Source: Paraspadella gotoi
Taxonomy: Eukaryota; Animalia; Chaetognatha
Reading direction: 5' to 3'
Assembly (NCBI GenBank): GCA_051294375.1
Contig: CM119268.1
Location: 2,386,724-2,450,723, forward strand
Length of the DNA: 64,000 nt
The position numbers and the translations under genes were made by a program. Below are positions 11,288 through 23,935 of the stretch, in pieces (positions within the stretch are counted from its first letter, which is position 1; every line of letters starts with the position of its first letter). Under the pieces are notes generated by a model. That model did no database searches and was not told the DNA's origin. It saw nothing but the letters and a program-made list of their open reading frames with translations.

Positions 11288-14120
11288 CAGAGGATTAAGT
11301 GCCCTAACTTTATATATTCTCCTAAAAGAAAAAATACAAAGTCTTTTCCTAATTCTATTGAATAAATTCTCAAAATTCGTAGATTAAACTCGGCGTTAAT
11401 TATAATTAATTATACATAAAATAAGACTAACAGCGGATTAGCTGGTCGTTCTTTTGCTTAAAGGATGAGCGAAATGCCGTCGATTAAATTTCCCTTAACT
11501 CACCCTAACTCACCCGAAGTCAACTCGTCTCCTTTTTCAAACTTGCGTCACGCGGTCATTTTGTCAACGTTTTTTGCCATCTCACCGGAAAAATAAAAAT
11601 TTCTGACTCCGGAGTTAACATTTTCACATTTCATAAGTGAAGAAAAAAAGGAAAAAAGAAAATGACTCCAACCTTTTTTAGCGACGCTGAATTTCCTCAC
11701 TTCCCCCCCCNNNNNNNNNNNNNNNNNNNNNNNNNNNNNNNNNNNNNNNNNNNNNNNNNNNNNNNNNNNNNNNNNNNNNNNNNNNNNNNNNNNNNNNNNN
11801 NNNNNNNNNNNNNNNNNNNNNNNNNNNNNNNNNNNNNNNNNNNNNNNNNNNNNNNNNNNNNNNNNNNNNNNNNNNNNNNNNNNNNNNNNNNNNNNNNNNN
11901 NNNNNNNNNNNNNNNNNNNNNNNNNNNNNNNNNNNNNNNNNNNNNNNNNNNNNNNNNNNNNNNNNNNNNGGAAGGGTGCTGGTGGGTGGATTGAGTAGTA
12001 GGGTGGACCTCTCGAGAACTAAAAATTGATTTGAGTTATCAAACAAGGATAATTAGATGCCAGATAGTATGATTATGAATACAAAAAATATTTTGTTCAT
12101 ATTGTTTGGGGAATAGATTCATAAAAAACAATATATTTATAGTAATAACCTTATCAAATAGTAAATCTTAAAAATAGTTTTTTTAAAGATTCAGATTTCT
12201 CTTAAAAAGTTACATCAAAATTATAAAACTAAAAATTATAATAAATTTTGTTAATTACATATACAAAGGCAGCAAAATAATAATGTTCAATCGCTCCACC
12301 CTATTGAGTAGGGTCGAGGAAAACCCGAGTTTTTTTTCTTTTCTTTTTTTCTTTTCCATTTTTTCCCTTTTTTTCCCTTTTTTTGGTTGGAGGCGATTAA
12401 ATGGGCGGCTGGTGACGCGAAATGCCGGTGGTTGAGATGCGGGGGTGCGTCAGGGCGATTAGGGAAAGGGGTGGTTGTCGGGGTGGTGGTCGTGGTGGTG
12501 GTCGGGGTGGTGGATTGTAGATCGTAGAGGGTAACTTAAAAAAAACTGATTTCAATAACGACGAATTCAATGCGGACAAAAATTGATGCAAGGACGCAAT
12601 GAGACGGTGATTTAATGACGCAGTGACGCTTATTGAATGACGCAATGATGTGAAAGTGAAAAAGGAAAACCCCGTGGCTGAATCAAGGTGGAAAGGGAAT
12701 CTAGGAAAAAGACGAACGAAGGCGAAAAAGGCGAAAAAGGTTGGGACGAAAAAATGCTCACCCTTCTTCTTCTTCTTCTTTCTCTTCTTCTTCTTCTTCN
12801 NNNNNNNNNNNNNNNNNNNNNNNNNNNNNNNNNNNNNNNNNNNNNNNNNNNNNNNNNNNNNNNNNNNNNNNNNNNNNNNNNNNNNNNNNNNNNNNNNNNN
12901 NNNNNNNNNNNNNNNNNNNNNNNNNNNNNNNNNNNNNNNNNNNNNNNNNNNNNNNNNNNNNNNNNNNNNNNNNNNNNNNNNNNNNNNNNNNNNNNNNNNN
13001 NNNNNNNNNNNNNNNNNNNNNNNNNNNNNNNNNNNNNNNNNNNNNNNNNNNNNNNNNNNNNNNNNNNNNNNNNNNNNNNNNNNNNNNNNNNNNNNNNNNN
13101 NNNNNNNNNNNNNNNNNNNNNNNNNNNNNNNNNNNNNNNNNNNNNNNNNNNNNNNNNNNNNNNNNNNNNNNNNNNNNNNNNNNNNNNNNNNNNNNNNNNN
13201 NNNNNNNNNNNNNNNNNNNNNNNNNNNNNNNNNNNNNNNNNNNNNNNNNNNNNNNNNNNNNNNNNNNNNNNNNNNNNNNNNNNNNNNNNNNNNNNNNNNN
13301 NNNNNNNNNNNNNNNNNNNNNNNNNNNNNNNNNNNNNNNNNNNNNNNNNNNNNNNNNNNNNNNNNNNNNNNNNNNNNNNNNNNNNNNNNNNNNNNNNNNN
13401 NNNNNNNNNNNNNNNNNNNNNNNNNNNNNNNNNNNGTCGTCGTCTGTCGTCGTCGTCGTCGTCGTCGACTCGACGCTATGTAATATCAGTCCTCGCAAAA
13501 AAAAAAAGCCGCCGAAGAGGAAGTAAACGTTCACCCGGCAGAAAGACGACAGAGACTGAGAGAGAGAGAGAGAGAGAGAGGGAGAAGGAGAAGATGAGAG
13601 AGAGAGAGAGAAGAGGAAGCGGATTAAAGAAAAAGGGCCGACAAAAAAACTAGAGGAGTGAAATTCGAGGGAGTGAGAGAGAGTGAGAGAAGGGACAGAG
13701 AAGAACAGTCCACAGAAAGTGAGCAATGGATTCAGAGATTAAACTCTTTGTTTAGGAGTGATCAGCAATCGAGGATTCGTTGGGGGGAAGCGGGATCTTT
13801 CATAGTTGACCCTGTGTTTGAGTATACTAGAGAGACCAGGACTGATCAGGGTTATACAGATTTATAGGATTTAATCACTAATTTAAAATTGACAATAGGA
13901 ATGATATCTAGTTATGAATAGGGAAGACTTTGGTTGAATCTCTATCAAGTGTGCGACAAAGTTCCGGTATGTTCTATGTGAGCTTTAATAACTATATTCA
14001 TATTATGTAGCGATAAGATGTCGCACATGTTTGATATATAGAAACGCAGATTAAAATCACGTTCTTCTCCAACGCAACAATTCAGAATAGAATTAAAAGA
14101 CGAATTTAGGACAAAACTAA
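10169..14120 (-). repeat. Arm B of the inverted duplication
   Basis: Starts immediately after the 25-N gap at 10144-10168. It is the reverse complement of 9722-9810 joined directly to 3620-7378. Confidence 0.9.
10526..10791 (+). mobile_element. piggyBac-like terminal fragment with 7 units of the 22-bp minisatellite (copy 2)
   Basis: TTAA|CCCGGCAAGCAGCCATGGAACCGGTCCTGGGCTTGG..., followed by seven GGGGATCGATC cores at 22-bp spacing from 10640 to 10782. Confidence 0.55.
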
Positions 14121-15297
14121 TTTCCAGGGGTCAGCGCGTAAATTTTATGTGTAAAATATGATGATACTGCCTAGAAGAACTAACCCTCTTGCAAGTGAGA
14201 GATGACAAGAGGAAGTACGCACGTTCGCGACCGGAGAAGACGAGACCCGGGGGCAATCTAGAGACCACCGGGCATGTCGCGTCACCACCCCCCATGTAAT
14301 CGGCCTCCAGCGACGAAAAGGAAGAAAAAAAGAGAAAGAAAGAAGAAAGACGAAAGAACGGAGGGCGGCGAACGCAGTGGTATAAGAGGTAGAGGAGCGA
14401 GCACGAGGATGGGGGGATATAAGAACCCAATAGAGGTGAATGGGTGGTGGGGGGAGGAAAGGAAAGAAAGTGATACGTATGGTGGTGCTGAAGGATGACC
14501 GAGATGGGAAGTGATGAGAGTCCATGCTGCTAGGAGGTGGAAATACACGCCATCAGGGCAGATAACCGCTCAGAATACTCAATAAGGAACCTGTTATTCG
14601 TCTTTGGTTTGATCTAACACGATCGAGAGCTCGTCCCTCTGCTTGTTTATGCAGGCCACGCAGCCCGCTCCCTGGCGCCCCAGTGACCACTATCTGCCTT
14701 TCTTTTCCCCCCGGCCTCCTTTCCGAACCAAACGGCGCGCTGCTCGGGATCGAGTTGACTCCGAAATTCGCGGAGTCGTCTTTGACGGCCGGTCTCTCTG
14801 GCGGTCGTGTCAGGATATATTAGTCTCGGCGCTCCAGTGTTAAGGTGAGCGGAGTGTCCGAGAGTTATGCTCTTTTATTTTTTTTATTTATTTATTTAAT
14901 GATTATAATTAATTCTATGGGATGTGATAGAATTATAAATATCACATACATTACGCTATATATAGAATATAAGTAAATATAAGACTAGATTTATTAAGAG
15001 GATATTTATTATATTATATTGTATTACTTGTACTATATGTTGAAGAGGAGGATATATCAGCTAGTATACCTTAGTTATATATATATATAAAGATGAGGAT
15101 AAGATATATATATTATATCCTCAGTCTTCTCGTGTGCTTAAGACAAATTGACTGACAGACTGACAAACAAACAGACGGACACGTCTCGATTTTTCACCGT
15201 TTAGGTTTCCAGGGGAAAAAATGGGAGTTTCAACGCACGTGAGTTGATATCCGTCGTGATTAATTTTTCACGCGCAAACTTGAAGTGATTCTCTGAG

Positions 15298-15341
<44 letters not shown>

Positions 15342-15876
15342 CTCATTGATTCCACTTTTCCTCGTCTTGGTTTCTCTTATTCGCCGTCGTTTNNNNNNNN
15401 NNAAGCCTGAATTCAGATTAAACTCTGTTTTAGGATCAGCAATCGAAATATCGTTGGGGAAAGAGAAAAATCTTCAAGTATGACCCTGTTTGAACTGAAA
15501 TACCAGCAACAGTACAGGGTTCGGATTCAAAACTTATAATCAAATTTAATTGACAATAGAATTTTAAATCCTATATGAATGAAAGCTTTGTGTTTGAATT
15601 CTATCATTGCCGCAATTCGGTATATTATGAACTTAAATAATATATTCATATATGAGCGATAATGTCGCACATGTTTGTATATTTTAGAAACGAAATGTAA
15701 AAAATCCGTTTTTCTAGCAACAATAAAAAGAAATCCTAAAAGACGAAATTTAAGACAAAAACAAATTTCGGTCACGGATTTTATTTATGAAAAAAACGAA
15801 TTAACCTAGCCTAAAAATAAATCAACGTACCCCTGCAGTGAGAGTGAAAGAGAGAAGAGAGAGAGAGAGAAGAGAG

Positions 15877-15907
<31 letters not shown>

Positions 15908-16304
15908 AGAGAGTAAGAGAGAAGAGAGAGAGAGAGAGAGAGAGTGAGAGAGAGAGAGAGAGTCCCACTCAGAGGGAAAACAGCTCAGGGGCGAAACCCT
16001 CAAGCAAACAATAAATCGACTGATCGTCTTTGGCGTAACTCACCCGAACTCGTCCCTCTCTTTTATGCAGCACCCACCAGCCCCCCAGCCACCCTATCCC
16101 CTTTCCTTTTTCCCCCGGCCTCCCTTTCCCGCCAAACGGCGCCGCTTCTCGGGATCGAGTTGACCTCCGAAAATCGCGGAGTCGTCTTTTTGAACGCCGC
16201 GTCTCTCGGCGTCTTCGATTTTATCGGCGCCATGTTTTTTTTGGTGGTGGTCCGGATTTGTTTTATTTATTTTTTTTTTATTTTTATTTATTTATTTATT
16301 TAGT

Positions 16305-16364
<60 letters not shown>

Positions 16365-16855
16365 TTTATTTAATTTATTTATTTATTTATTTATTTATTT
16401 ATTTTTTATTTATTTATTTATTTTTATTTATTTTATTTAATTTATTTATTTAAGAAGAGACAGAAACAGATCGAAAATAGACACGCTCCGATAGATTTAC
16501 AGAGTAGATTGAGAAACCAAGAATGTTGACCGACGGACACAGTTCAGCACATACAGACCCGATGATTTTTTTCAACTGCTTTTTGATATAAAGACAAATT
16601 GACTGAACAAAACCTGACATAACAAACAGACGGACACGTCTCGAATTTTTCCAACCGTTTAGGTTTCCGCAGGGGAAAAAATGGGAGTTTCATCCGCAAC
16701 GTGAAGTTGATATCCGGCGTCGTGATTATTTTTAACCGCGAAACTATGAAGTGATTCTCTGAGGCGAGAAGAGAGAGAGAGTAGAAGAGAGAGAAGAGAT
16801 TGTCTCATTGATTCCACTTTTCCCTCGCTTGGTTTCTCTTATTCGCACGTCGTTT
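13730..16855. repeat. Tandem ~1.5-1.7-kb duplication (13730-15392 vs 15403-16855) split by a 10-N gap
   Basis: Matching blocks 13730-14120 ~ 15405-15775, 14630-14800 ~ 16050-16210 and 15140-15392 ~ 16590-16855. Confidence 0.8.
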
Positions 16856-16887
16856 TCCGGTAAATGCGCCTGCGTTTTTTTCTTCAC

Positions 16888-17245
16888 TATTAAGTACAGT
16901 AGTGCAATAAGCCCTCAGCTAAAACTTTCTATCCTCCATGAAGCCCAGTGATTCAAGTAACTGAAATTGATGTATTTTGTAGTAAGATGTTGTGTGAAGG
17001 ATGAATTGGTGGTTCTGATGTTAAGAAACTAAGTAGCTCCATCCGGGGAGTGTAAAAAAACGATGTTCAAACTCTCGTTCATCTCTCGTTCATCTCTCGT
17101 ACAGCGGGCCGATCCCTGGCGTAGTTCAGCATTAGAACTGTACTGAACTTTTCTACTTCGTAGTTACGTATTCAACAAAATTGATACAGTGTTTTTTACG
17201 GTTCGACAGCAAGTATCCGACTGCAGTAACGATCTCATCTTAACA
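16888..17245 (-). repeat. 3' LTR
   Basis: Direct repeat of 21232-21565, preceded on the minus strand by the PPT-like AGTGGGAG. Confidence 0.8.
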
Positions 17246-20200
17246 CTCCCACTGTAACGTGTAAACGGACAATACAAATGCTTAGGACTAAGTACTCTGA
17301 CGACAAAGCAGAGGTTTTTTTTAATAATATTCTTATATCCGGGCCAAGGTAGATATCGATAGCATATTGTTAATATTAGTATTCAAAAAAGCATCCTAAC
17401 CATAAATATAGAAAATATTAACCAAAATCCTTCGAAAATCCACCCCTTCTTTGGAAGCATTTCGCCATAGAAAGATGTTTTTCCCGGAATCTGACGTCCC
17501 GGTTGTAAAACTCTTAGAAATATCTGATCGTCTAGCTTCCTCTTTTACATTTTACTTTAAATAAAAAATTTTCACGCAAAATGGACTGATTTCGATTCTC
17601 CCACGATGATCGTATCATATCAAAATAACCATATAAAATGTAAAGAAAAAATTTGGAGAGCCCTTTCAGACAATATGTGGCTATCGATTCCTGAATTTGA
17701 ACGTTTATTGTAAGAATCACAACATATGTTAAATGCGTTGACATGGGTATTGAAGTTTGAGGAAATCCGCTTTATTTTATATATAAAATGCGTCAATAAA
17801 TATTTTCCCGAAGCGGAACAGGTCAATTTGCATCTGATAGTTTTGATGTCAAAATGATGTTTATTTGTCAAGAGAAAAAATAAATGCGAGCCCTTGAGAT
17901 GCAACAGATCAGGAATCCGAGTGTATTTTACATATATTTTTTATTAACCTGAATTCTTTCCCAGGGGCGTTGACATTATGGTGTGAGTCAGATTTTAACA
18001 AAAAATACTCCATTGAAAAAAGTCTATCCTCGATTTCTATAGAAACGACGTAACTCCTACCAATGACTAGAGAGATCGTACCAACACCGCTGCGACTTCG
18101 CCCTGTGGCCGTAGACTTTGCGGCTACAAACTGGAATTCCTATCCGCCTCTTGATGAGGTTACTGGCGCCCTTTGAGCGATCCATTCAGGTACCTCACCA
18201 CTTCGCCGGGGGGGGGGGTAAGATTCAGCAAACAACCCTTCCCAACCAGTGGCGTCTCTGAAAGGCGCGACCCTCTTGGCAGACAGCATGGCGTTCACCT
18301 CGGCATCATCTCCCTTGTAAAGATGACCAAAATAGCCGCCGCCGCATCGCCTCCCTGACGACGCCGATCCGAACGCGACTCCTGCCTCTTTGATCATCTC
18401 TAGCCCGGCCGCCGGCCGTCGTCTCCTCGACGACACTACGCCTCGAACCGGCGGCTGGCTCTGCACTTTCGTTGACGTCTCCGGGTTGATCCCATCCTAG
18501 CCGCCGCCGACGTCGTCACCTTGACCGACGTCTCGAATCGGCGGCACTTCTTCTTTGGAGACGCTCAGATCTTGACGTCCGAATAGCCGCCGCCGGCATC
18601 GTCCACTCGTACGACCCTCGGGACGGCGACACTGCCTCCGTCTTGACCGTCTTTTCGCGTTCTGGATCAACTGTAATGGCGTCTTTCGTGCATGTTGCAA
18701 GTTTGTTTGTGGCCGTATGCAAACGAGTTAGTTGTGCATGATTTGCGTGCTGAAACATTCGTATTGAAAGTTTCTTCTTCTCGGTAATTTCTCCCACCTC
18801 TTGTTTTCACAAGATTAATCCAATTTTGTTTAGTTAATATCACTTATTCAGAAGACGATCAAGATTAATAAATTTGTCTCACTTGCTCCACAATCATGTT
18901 TCCACGTCTTTTTTCAAACTTGTTCAAGCCTCATTCACTTTCTATAACTTCCGTCTTTAAATCTTGTGTTATTTCAGTGATTTATTGCTGGGCACACAAC
19001 GAAATAAACAATCTAATACAGCCCCATCTATCTTCTGCATTGCTTCTCATCATTTTTACTTCGTTATTATAAAGTGAAAAGGTCAACCTGGTCCACAACT
19101 TAATAATAAAAATGTTGATTTGTGAAACACCACTGTTTCGTCATCCTGTCGTCTCTCTAGCCAAAGAAGACCTTTACTTTCCTCTCATAGGTCCTCTCAA
19201 CTCATGTCCATGCGCTACACATCCAAGGCCTGCTTTGAATGTGTTCGTTAATTTTAACACAATTACCAGAGTTTTCCTTTCACTCCAAATCTTCTCTCAT
19301 CTCACAGCCTTATCCTCTTGAATGTGAGTCGTCAAACAAAATTTTTAGTTTTACCATCCAACTTTGTCAGCTGCTCCAAGCAGTAAAGTTAAAGGATCCT
19401 CCTCCTCTCCTCGTTTTTTCTTCTCTCTTTAGACGAGCATGGATAATCGATATGCTCAAATATTTTATCAATATTAGCAAGTTTTTGAATGTGAGACCAA
19501 TCTAGCAGATTTGTAAAATCTTTTTTTTTTTTTTTTTTTCAATTTTTTCAATATTTTCATGAAGACTGGATCTTGTAGCCCAGCAATGTTCATTAATCAT
19601 TGTTCATCATTTAAACTCGTCATTCTTTCTCTTTATCTACAAGAGATGGCGATTAAACTGTAAGTGAAGAGTTCGTGATACTAATTGGATCCTAACGCCG
19701 TAGTGTCATAAACCGTAATCTTATACATTTCCCATCTTATTGATCTCCTTATTTCATACGAGGATTTATAGAAATTATACAATGAAAGCAGCGGGTGGAG
19801 GCTCCCGACGCTCTTCATGTGAATGACCTTGTAATCTGACCACAACAGGAACTGTCCCATGAGATTGAGTGTACAGCAAAGCCTCAACACTCAACAGCTT
19901 TGAAGTTTAAGCTCAAAAGGATGAATTGCAAAAATTTCTCCTTCACACGAATGATAGCAGCGCCCAGCAATGGCGCAGCAATTCAGTGTTCAACAATGGC
20001 ATTTTAATGCATTTTTCTCCGCAACGTCTTCCGATTACAGCGGATGGGTGGCGATTGATCTCTCCTCAGTTTCTCCTTTGACAGTTTCTTCCGCAACCCT
20101 TTCCACAACTTTTTCCGCATCCTTTACCGCAACTTCTTTCGCGACTCTTTCTGCAACCTCTTCCAACAACTTTTTCCTCATCTTTTTCCGCAACGTCATT

Positions 20201-21231
20201 TGAAACTTCTTAGGCAGCAACTCTTTCATCAGCAGCATCTTTCAGCAAATTCTTCAGCAGCGACTTCTTTAGCAGCAGCTTCTTTAGCAGTAACGTCTTC
20301 TACAGCAGCCTTTTCAAACGCAGATTCTTCAGCAGCAGCGTCTTCAGCAGCATCTTCTTTAGCAGCAACTTCTTCTGCAGACAGCATGTGACAGGCTTCT
20401 CACGCCAGCCTCAGCTTCTTATCGGTTCTTCATGCAGCGGCGGTGTAATGGGATTGGCGCACCATCTCGTTTTCGGCAGAGGTTCCTTGTTGAATCCATT
20501 GGCGTCGGGCGATCCTCATTGCGTCGTCCACTCCAATGACTCCTTCGTTGATACTCCTTCGTTCGTCCGCCTTCCCATCTGCCTCCACTTAGACTCGCCA
20601 GCCTTTCAATCCCGCTCTCTCCTTTCTTTCTTCGTTTTATGTCTGACTTCTTTCTCCCATTCTCTCTATGCCTTTCCTCCACCTTCATTATTCTTCTTCG
20701 GTTCTCTTTCGAATTTCTTTGAATTTTTCTTCAAGCTCAATCCTCTTTCATCCACCTCGTCTTGCTCTCTCCTTTTCGTATTTCTATATTCGTTCGTTCT
20801 TTCTCTCTCTCTATCGCTTATACACTCTTCTTGCCATTTCTAGTCTTGACCAACCTTTGGCGAATCATCTCGCAAGACGATTGAGACGACGTCGTTACCA
20901 TAGTTCTAGCTTTTGAGACGGTTTTGACGCTGACTCTTGTCGGCTCCAAGTAGGTGAAGACTCTTGTCGCGACTTTGGCGACGAGCAGACCATGCGGCGA
21001 CAGTCGCCATCCAATGCTCGATCTCTAATCGATGTGTTCTCGGCGAGGCGGCCTCGAGACCCCGTCCCTTATCGGTTAGCTCCCTCTTGACTCCTCACGC
21101 GATCAAGGTTATGATCTGCCGCTCTGCTGCTGCTGCTTCGGTTAATTTAGGTTTAGTTAGATTTAATTGTTGAATTTAGATTATAGTTTAGTTTAATTTT
21201 AATCCCCGATTATGACATATTAAGTTCTTAA

Positions 21232-21565
21232 TATTTAGTAGCAGTAAGTGCAACAGCCTCAGCTAAAACTTTCATCTCTCCATGAAGCCCGTGACATAAC
21301 GAATTGATGTATTTTTGTAGTAAGATGTTGTGTGAAGATGAATTGTGGTTTGATGTTAAGAACTAAGTAGGCTCCATCCGGGGAGTGTAGAAAAACCGAT
21401 GTTCATCTCGTCCGTTCATCTCTCGTTATCTCTCGTCAGCGGGCGGATCCCTGGCGTTCACTTAGACCTGTACTACTTTTCTACTTCGTAGTTACGTATT
21501 CAACAAATGATCAGTGTTTTTGACGTCACGCCAAGTATCGCACGCGTTACGATCTCTCTTAAACA
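21232..21565 (-). repeat. 5' LTR
   Basis: Direct repeat of 16888-17245. On the minus strand it begins TGTTT and ends ...ATA. Confidence 0.8.
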
Positions 21566-22066
21566 CTTACAAACAAGTGAACATTAAATTTTAAACAGAA
21601 AGTTTAACAAAAAAAATACGAAAGAATTTATATTTAACTGAGTGATTATTCATACAATTTTATAAATAACAACGTATTTAAAAATATTTTCTTCTCAGCA
21701 TTCCGAAACACTTTCGAATTTTTTACTTCCCAAACAAAAGTCTGTCGTATTTTCTTTTGCCGCCCGAATCGTAAATGTTTCGCTCTATTTGAGTCAGCTA
21801 GAATTACTACGAACCCAATCTTGGAAAAGTCTTATCCTATTCCTTAACAATTCTTAACTTCTATTATCTCGATTTTTTTTTTTATCTCAATTTTTTTTTT
21901 ATCATAGCTATAAACCCGTAAAAACTGTTCATTATCTGAAAGAGAAAAGAGAGAGAAGAGAGAAGAGAGAGAGAGAGAGAGAACAATTCTCCTTCTTTCC
22001 ACCCTCCTCCCTCTCCTTCCCTCCCTCTCTTCCCTTCCCTCTCTCCCACTCCCTCGCCCCGCTCAC

Positions 22067-22109
22067 GCGGCAGAGCGAAACTCGACCACGTTCGCAACAA
22101 CGACGCCAT
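22067..22109 (-). CDS. Candidate first coding exon (MASLLRTWSSFALP) of an unidentified gene
   Basis: AAGATGGCG start context and a C|GTGAGC donor, inside a CpG-rich block. A possible next acceptor is (CT)n-CGCCTCAG near 16760, but that sequence is too noisy to phase. Confidence 0.35.
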
Positions 22110-22210
22110 CTTTCTTTGCTTCTTCGCGAGCGCCAATTCCGGCGATCACGCCCACTTCCGGTTTTTTCCATCACCACGCCTCGCGCGAGCTGCGTTCGCG
22201 CGCCGACCAG
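22100..22210. promoter_or_regulatory. CpG-rich promoter-like block with YY1-like (CGCCATCTT) and ETS-like (CACTTCCGG) motifs
   Basis: Motifs seen at ~22104-22112 and ~22153-22161. Function is inferred only. Confidence 0.3.
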
Positions 22211-22429
22211 GGGCGTCTTTCTTTTCTCTCTCTCGCTCTCGGCTTCTCGTCTCTCTAGCTCTCGCTCTCAGCTCTCTTGCGATAAACGCGAGCAAAGTCG
22301 TAGGCAGACACCCACTGATTCTCCCTGCTGAGGCGCCCGTCTGCGACCAACTCTCATTCACCAAAACCACCTTTGCGTTAAGCCGCAGAAATCCACCAAT
22401 CTGGGACGATGACCTCGAAGACCATCAAC

Positions 22430-22850
22430 TCAGTGATATAAGTGACAGAGAAAATCGTCTTAGTGATATGAGTGACAGAGACAATCATCTCAGCGATATA
22501 AGTGTCAGAGAAAATTGTCTTAGTGATATGAGTGACAGAGACAATCATCTCAGTGATATAAGTGACAGAGAAAATCGTTTTTGTGATATGAGTGACAGAG
22601 ACAATCATCTCAGTGATATAAGTGACAGAGAAAATCATCTTAGTGATATGAGTGACAGAGAAAATCATCTCAGTGATATAAGTGACAGAGACAATCGTCT
22701 TAGTGATATGAGTGACAGAGACAATCACCTCAGTGATATAAGTGACAGAGAAAATCGTCTTAGTAATATGAGTGACAGTGACAATCATCTCAGTGATATA
22801 AGTGACAGAGAAAANNNNNNNNNNNNNNNNNNNNNNNGAGACAATCATCA
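22430..22850. repeat. 30-bp minisatellite with 60-bp higher-order alternation, ~13-14 units (interrupted by an N gap)
   Basis: Alternating GTGATATAAGTGACAGAGAAAATCGTCTTA and GTGATATGAGTGACAGAGACAATCATCTCA. Confidence 0.95.
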
Positions 22851-23863
22851 CAAAAAAATACCACCTGTAAACCTAAATAATCTAAAACAATTATGAGCCC
22901 AACCGAAGTCTTTTCTTATTTGCTTATCATCAATATCAACAAGAGTGAAACAGGCAGAAGCAAAGTCCCATCTGTTCCGTCCCAGTCGAAGGCAAAACTT
23001 TCACAAAATAACTAGTGTTAAACCTCGTCCTCGCGTCGTCAAAGGGCAAGGTCGCCATAGTTATTTCACCTCATAAACTTTATTATTATTATTATGCTCT
23101 ATAATCTATTAGAGGTTAAGTATGTACTAATTTCACCATCGCTTCCCAAACGAAACCTCACCAGCGTCATAAATCACAATTGCGTCATTAGTCACCCGAG
23201 AAAAAAATCAACCTTTGGGTCATCGCGCAAATTAGTTATCATATTTCCCGCGTCATAGCCTACTGGCGGCACAATTTTTGTGGTCAACGGCGCCATTTCG
23301 CAATTGCGTCATTGCCGCACGGACCGATTGCGCCATTGCACAATCGCGTCATTCCATCCCCGTGACGTTCAACAGGCGCCATCGCGCCATCGCGTTCCCA
23401 ACTCGAATGGCGGAATCGGTGCCAAAGCGAATCCAAGTTCATCGAATCCTCATCGCGCCACATTTCTTTTCTCGCGCCATTTTCGGCCTCGTCTCTCTTT
23501 TTTTTTTCCACCCACTTTTACCCCCCCCCCCATCCGACCCTCATTCCGCCATTTCTCACCACCCCCTTCCCCCCTCCGCCGCCCCCCTCTCAAACTCCCT
23601 CGCCATCGAATTTCTTCGACGCGTCGTTCGATGTTTTCCTCTCTTCGTTTCGTCGTCGTCGTTTTCGTCGTCGTCATCATCGTCGATTCTGCTTTTTTTT
23701 TGTCTCTTCTTTAAAGAGAAAAAAAAAGGAAATTTCACTTCGATGTCATTTGTTTCTTCTCAGTTATTATTATTCTATTCTTTTTATTTTTAAACTTTTC
23801 TAACTTTAATTTATCGTCATCGCTTTCTTTCCAAATTCTAATCCCCCTAATTCCTCCTTTCAA

Positions 23864-23935
<72 letters not shown>

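Larger units (their letters stand above)
16888..21565 (-). mobile_element. LTR retroelement, probably non-autonomous (copia-type PPT; no recognisable pol)
   Basis: ~340-360-bp direct repeats at 16888-17245 and 21232-21565. On the minus strand the purine tract AGTGGGAG abuts TGTTAAG at the start of the 3' LTR. Flanks CTTCAC/CTTAC look like a 5-bp TSD with one indel. No RT, integrase or RNase H motifs were recognised. Confidence 0.8.

Noticed and set aside
12650-13726. ORFs of 260-320 aa (also at 2407, 11662, 31487, 32431)
   Set aside because: They are open only because they run through N gaps.
22430-22850. CRISPR-like 30-bp repeats
   Set aside because: Head-to-tail tandem units without spacers.
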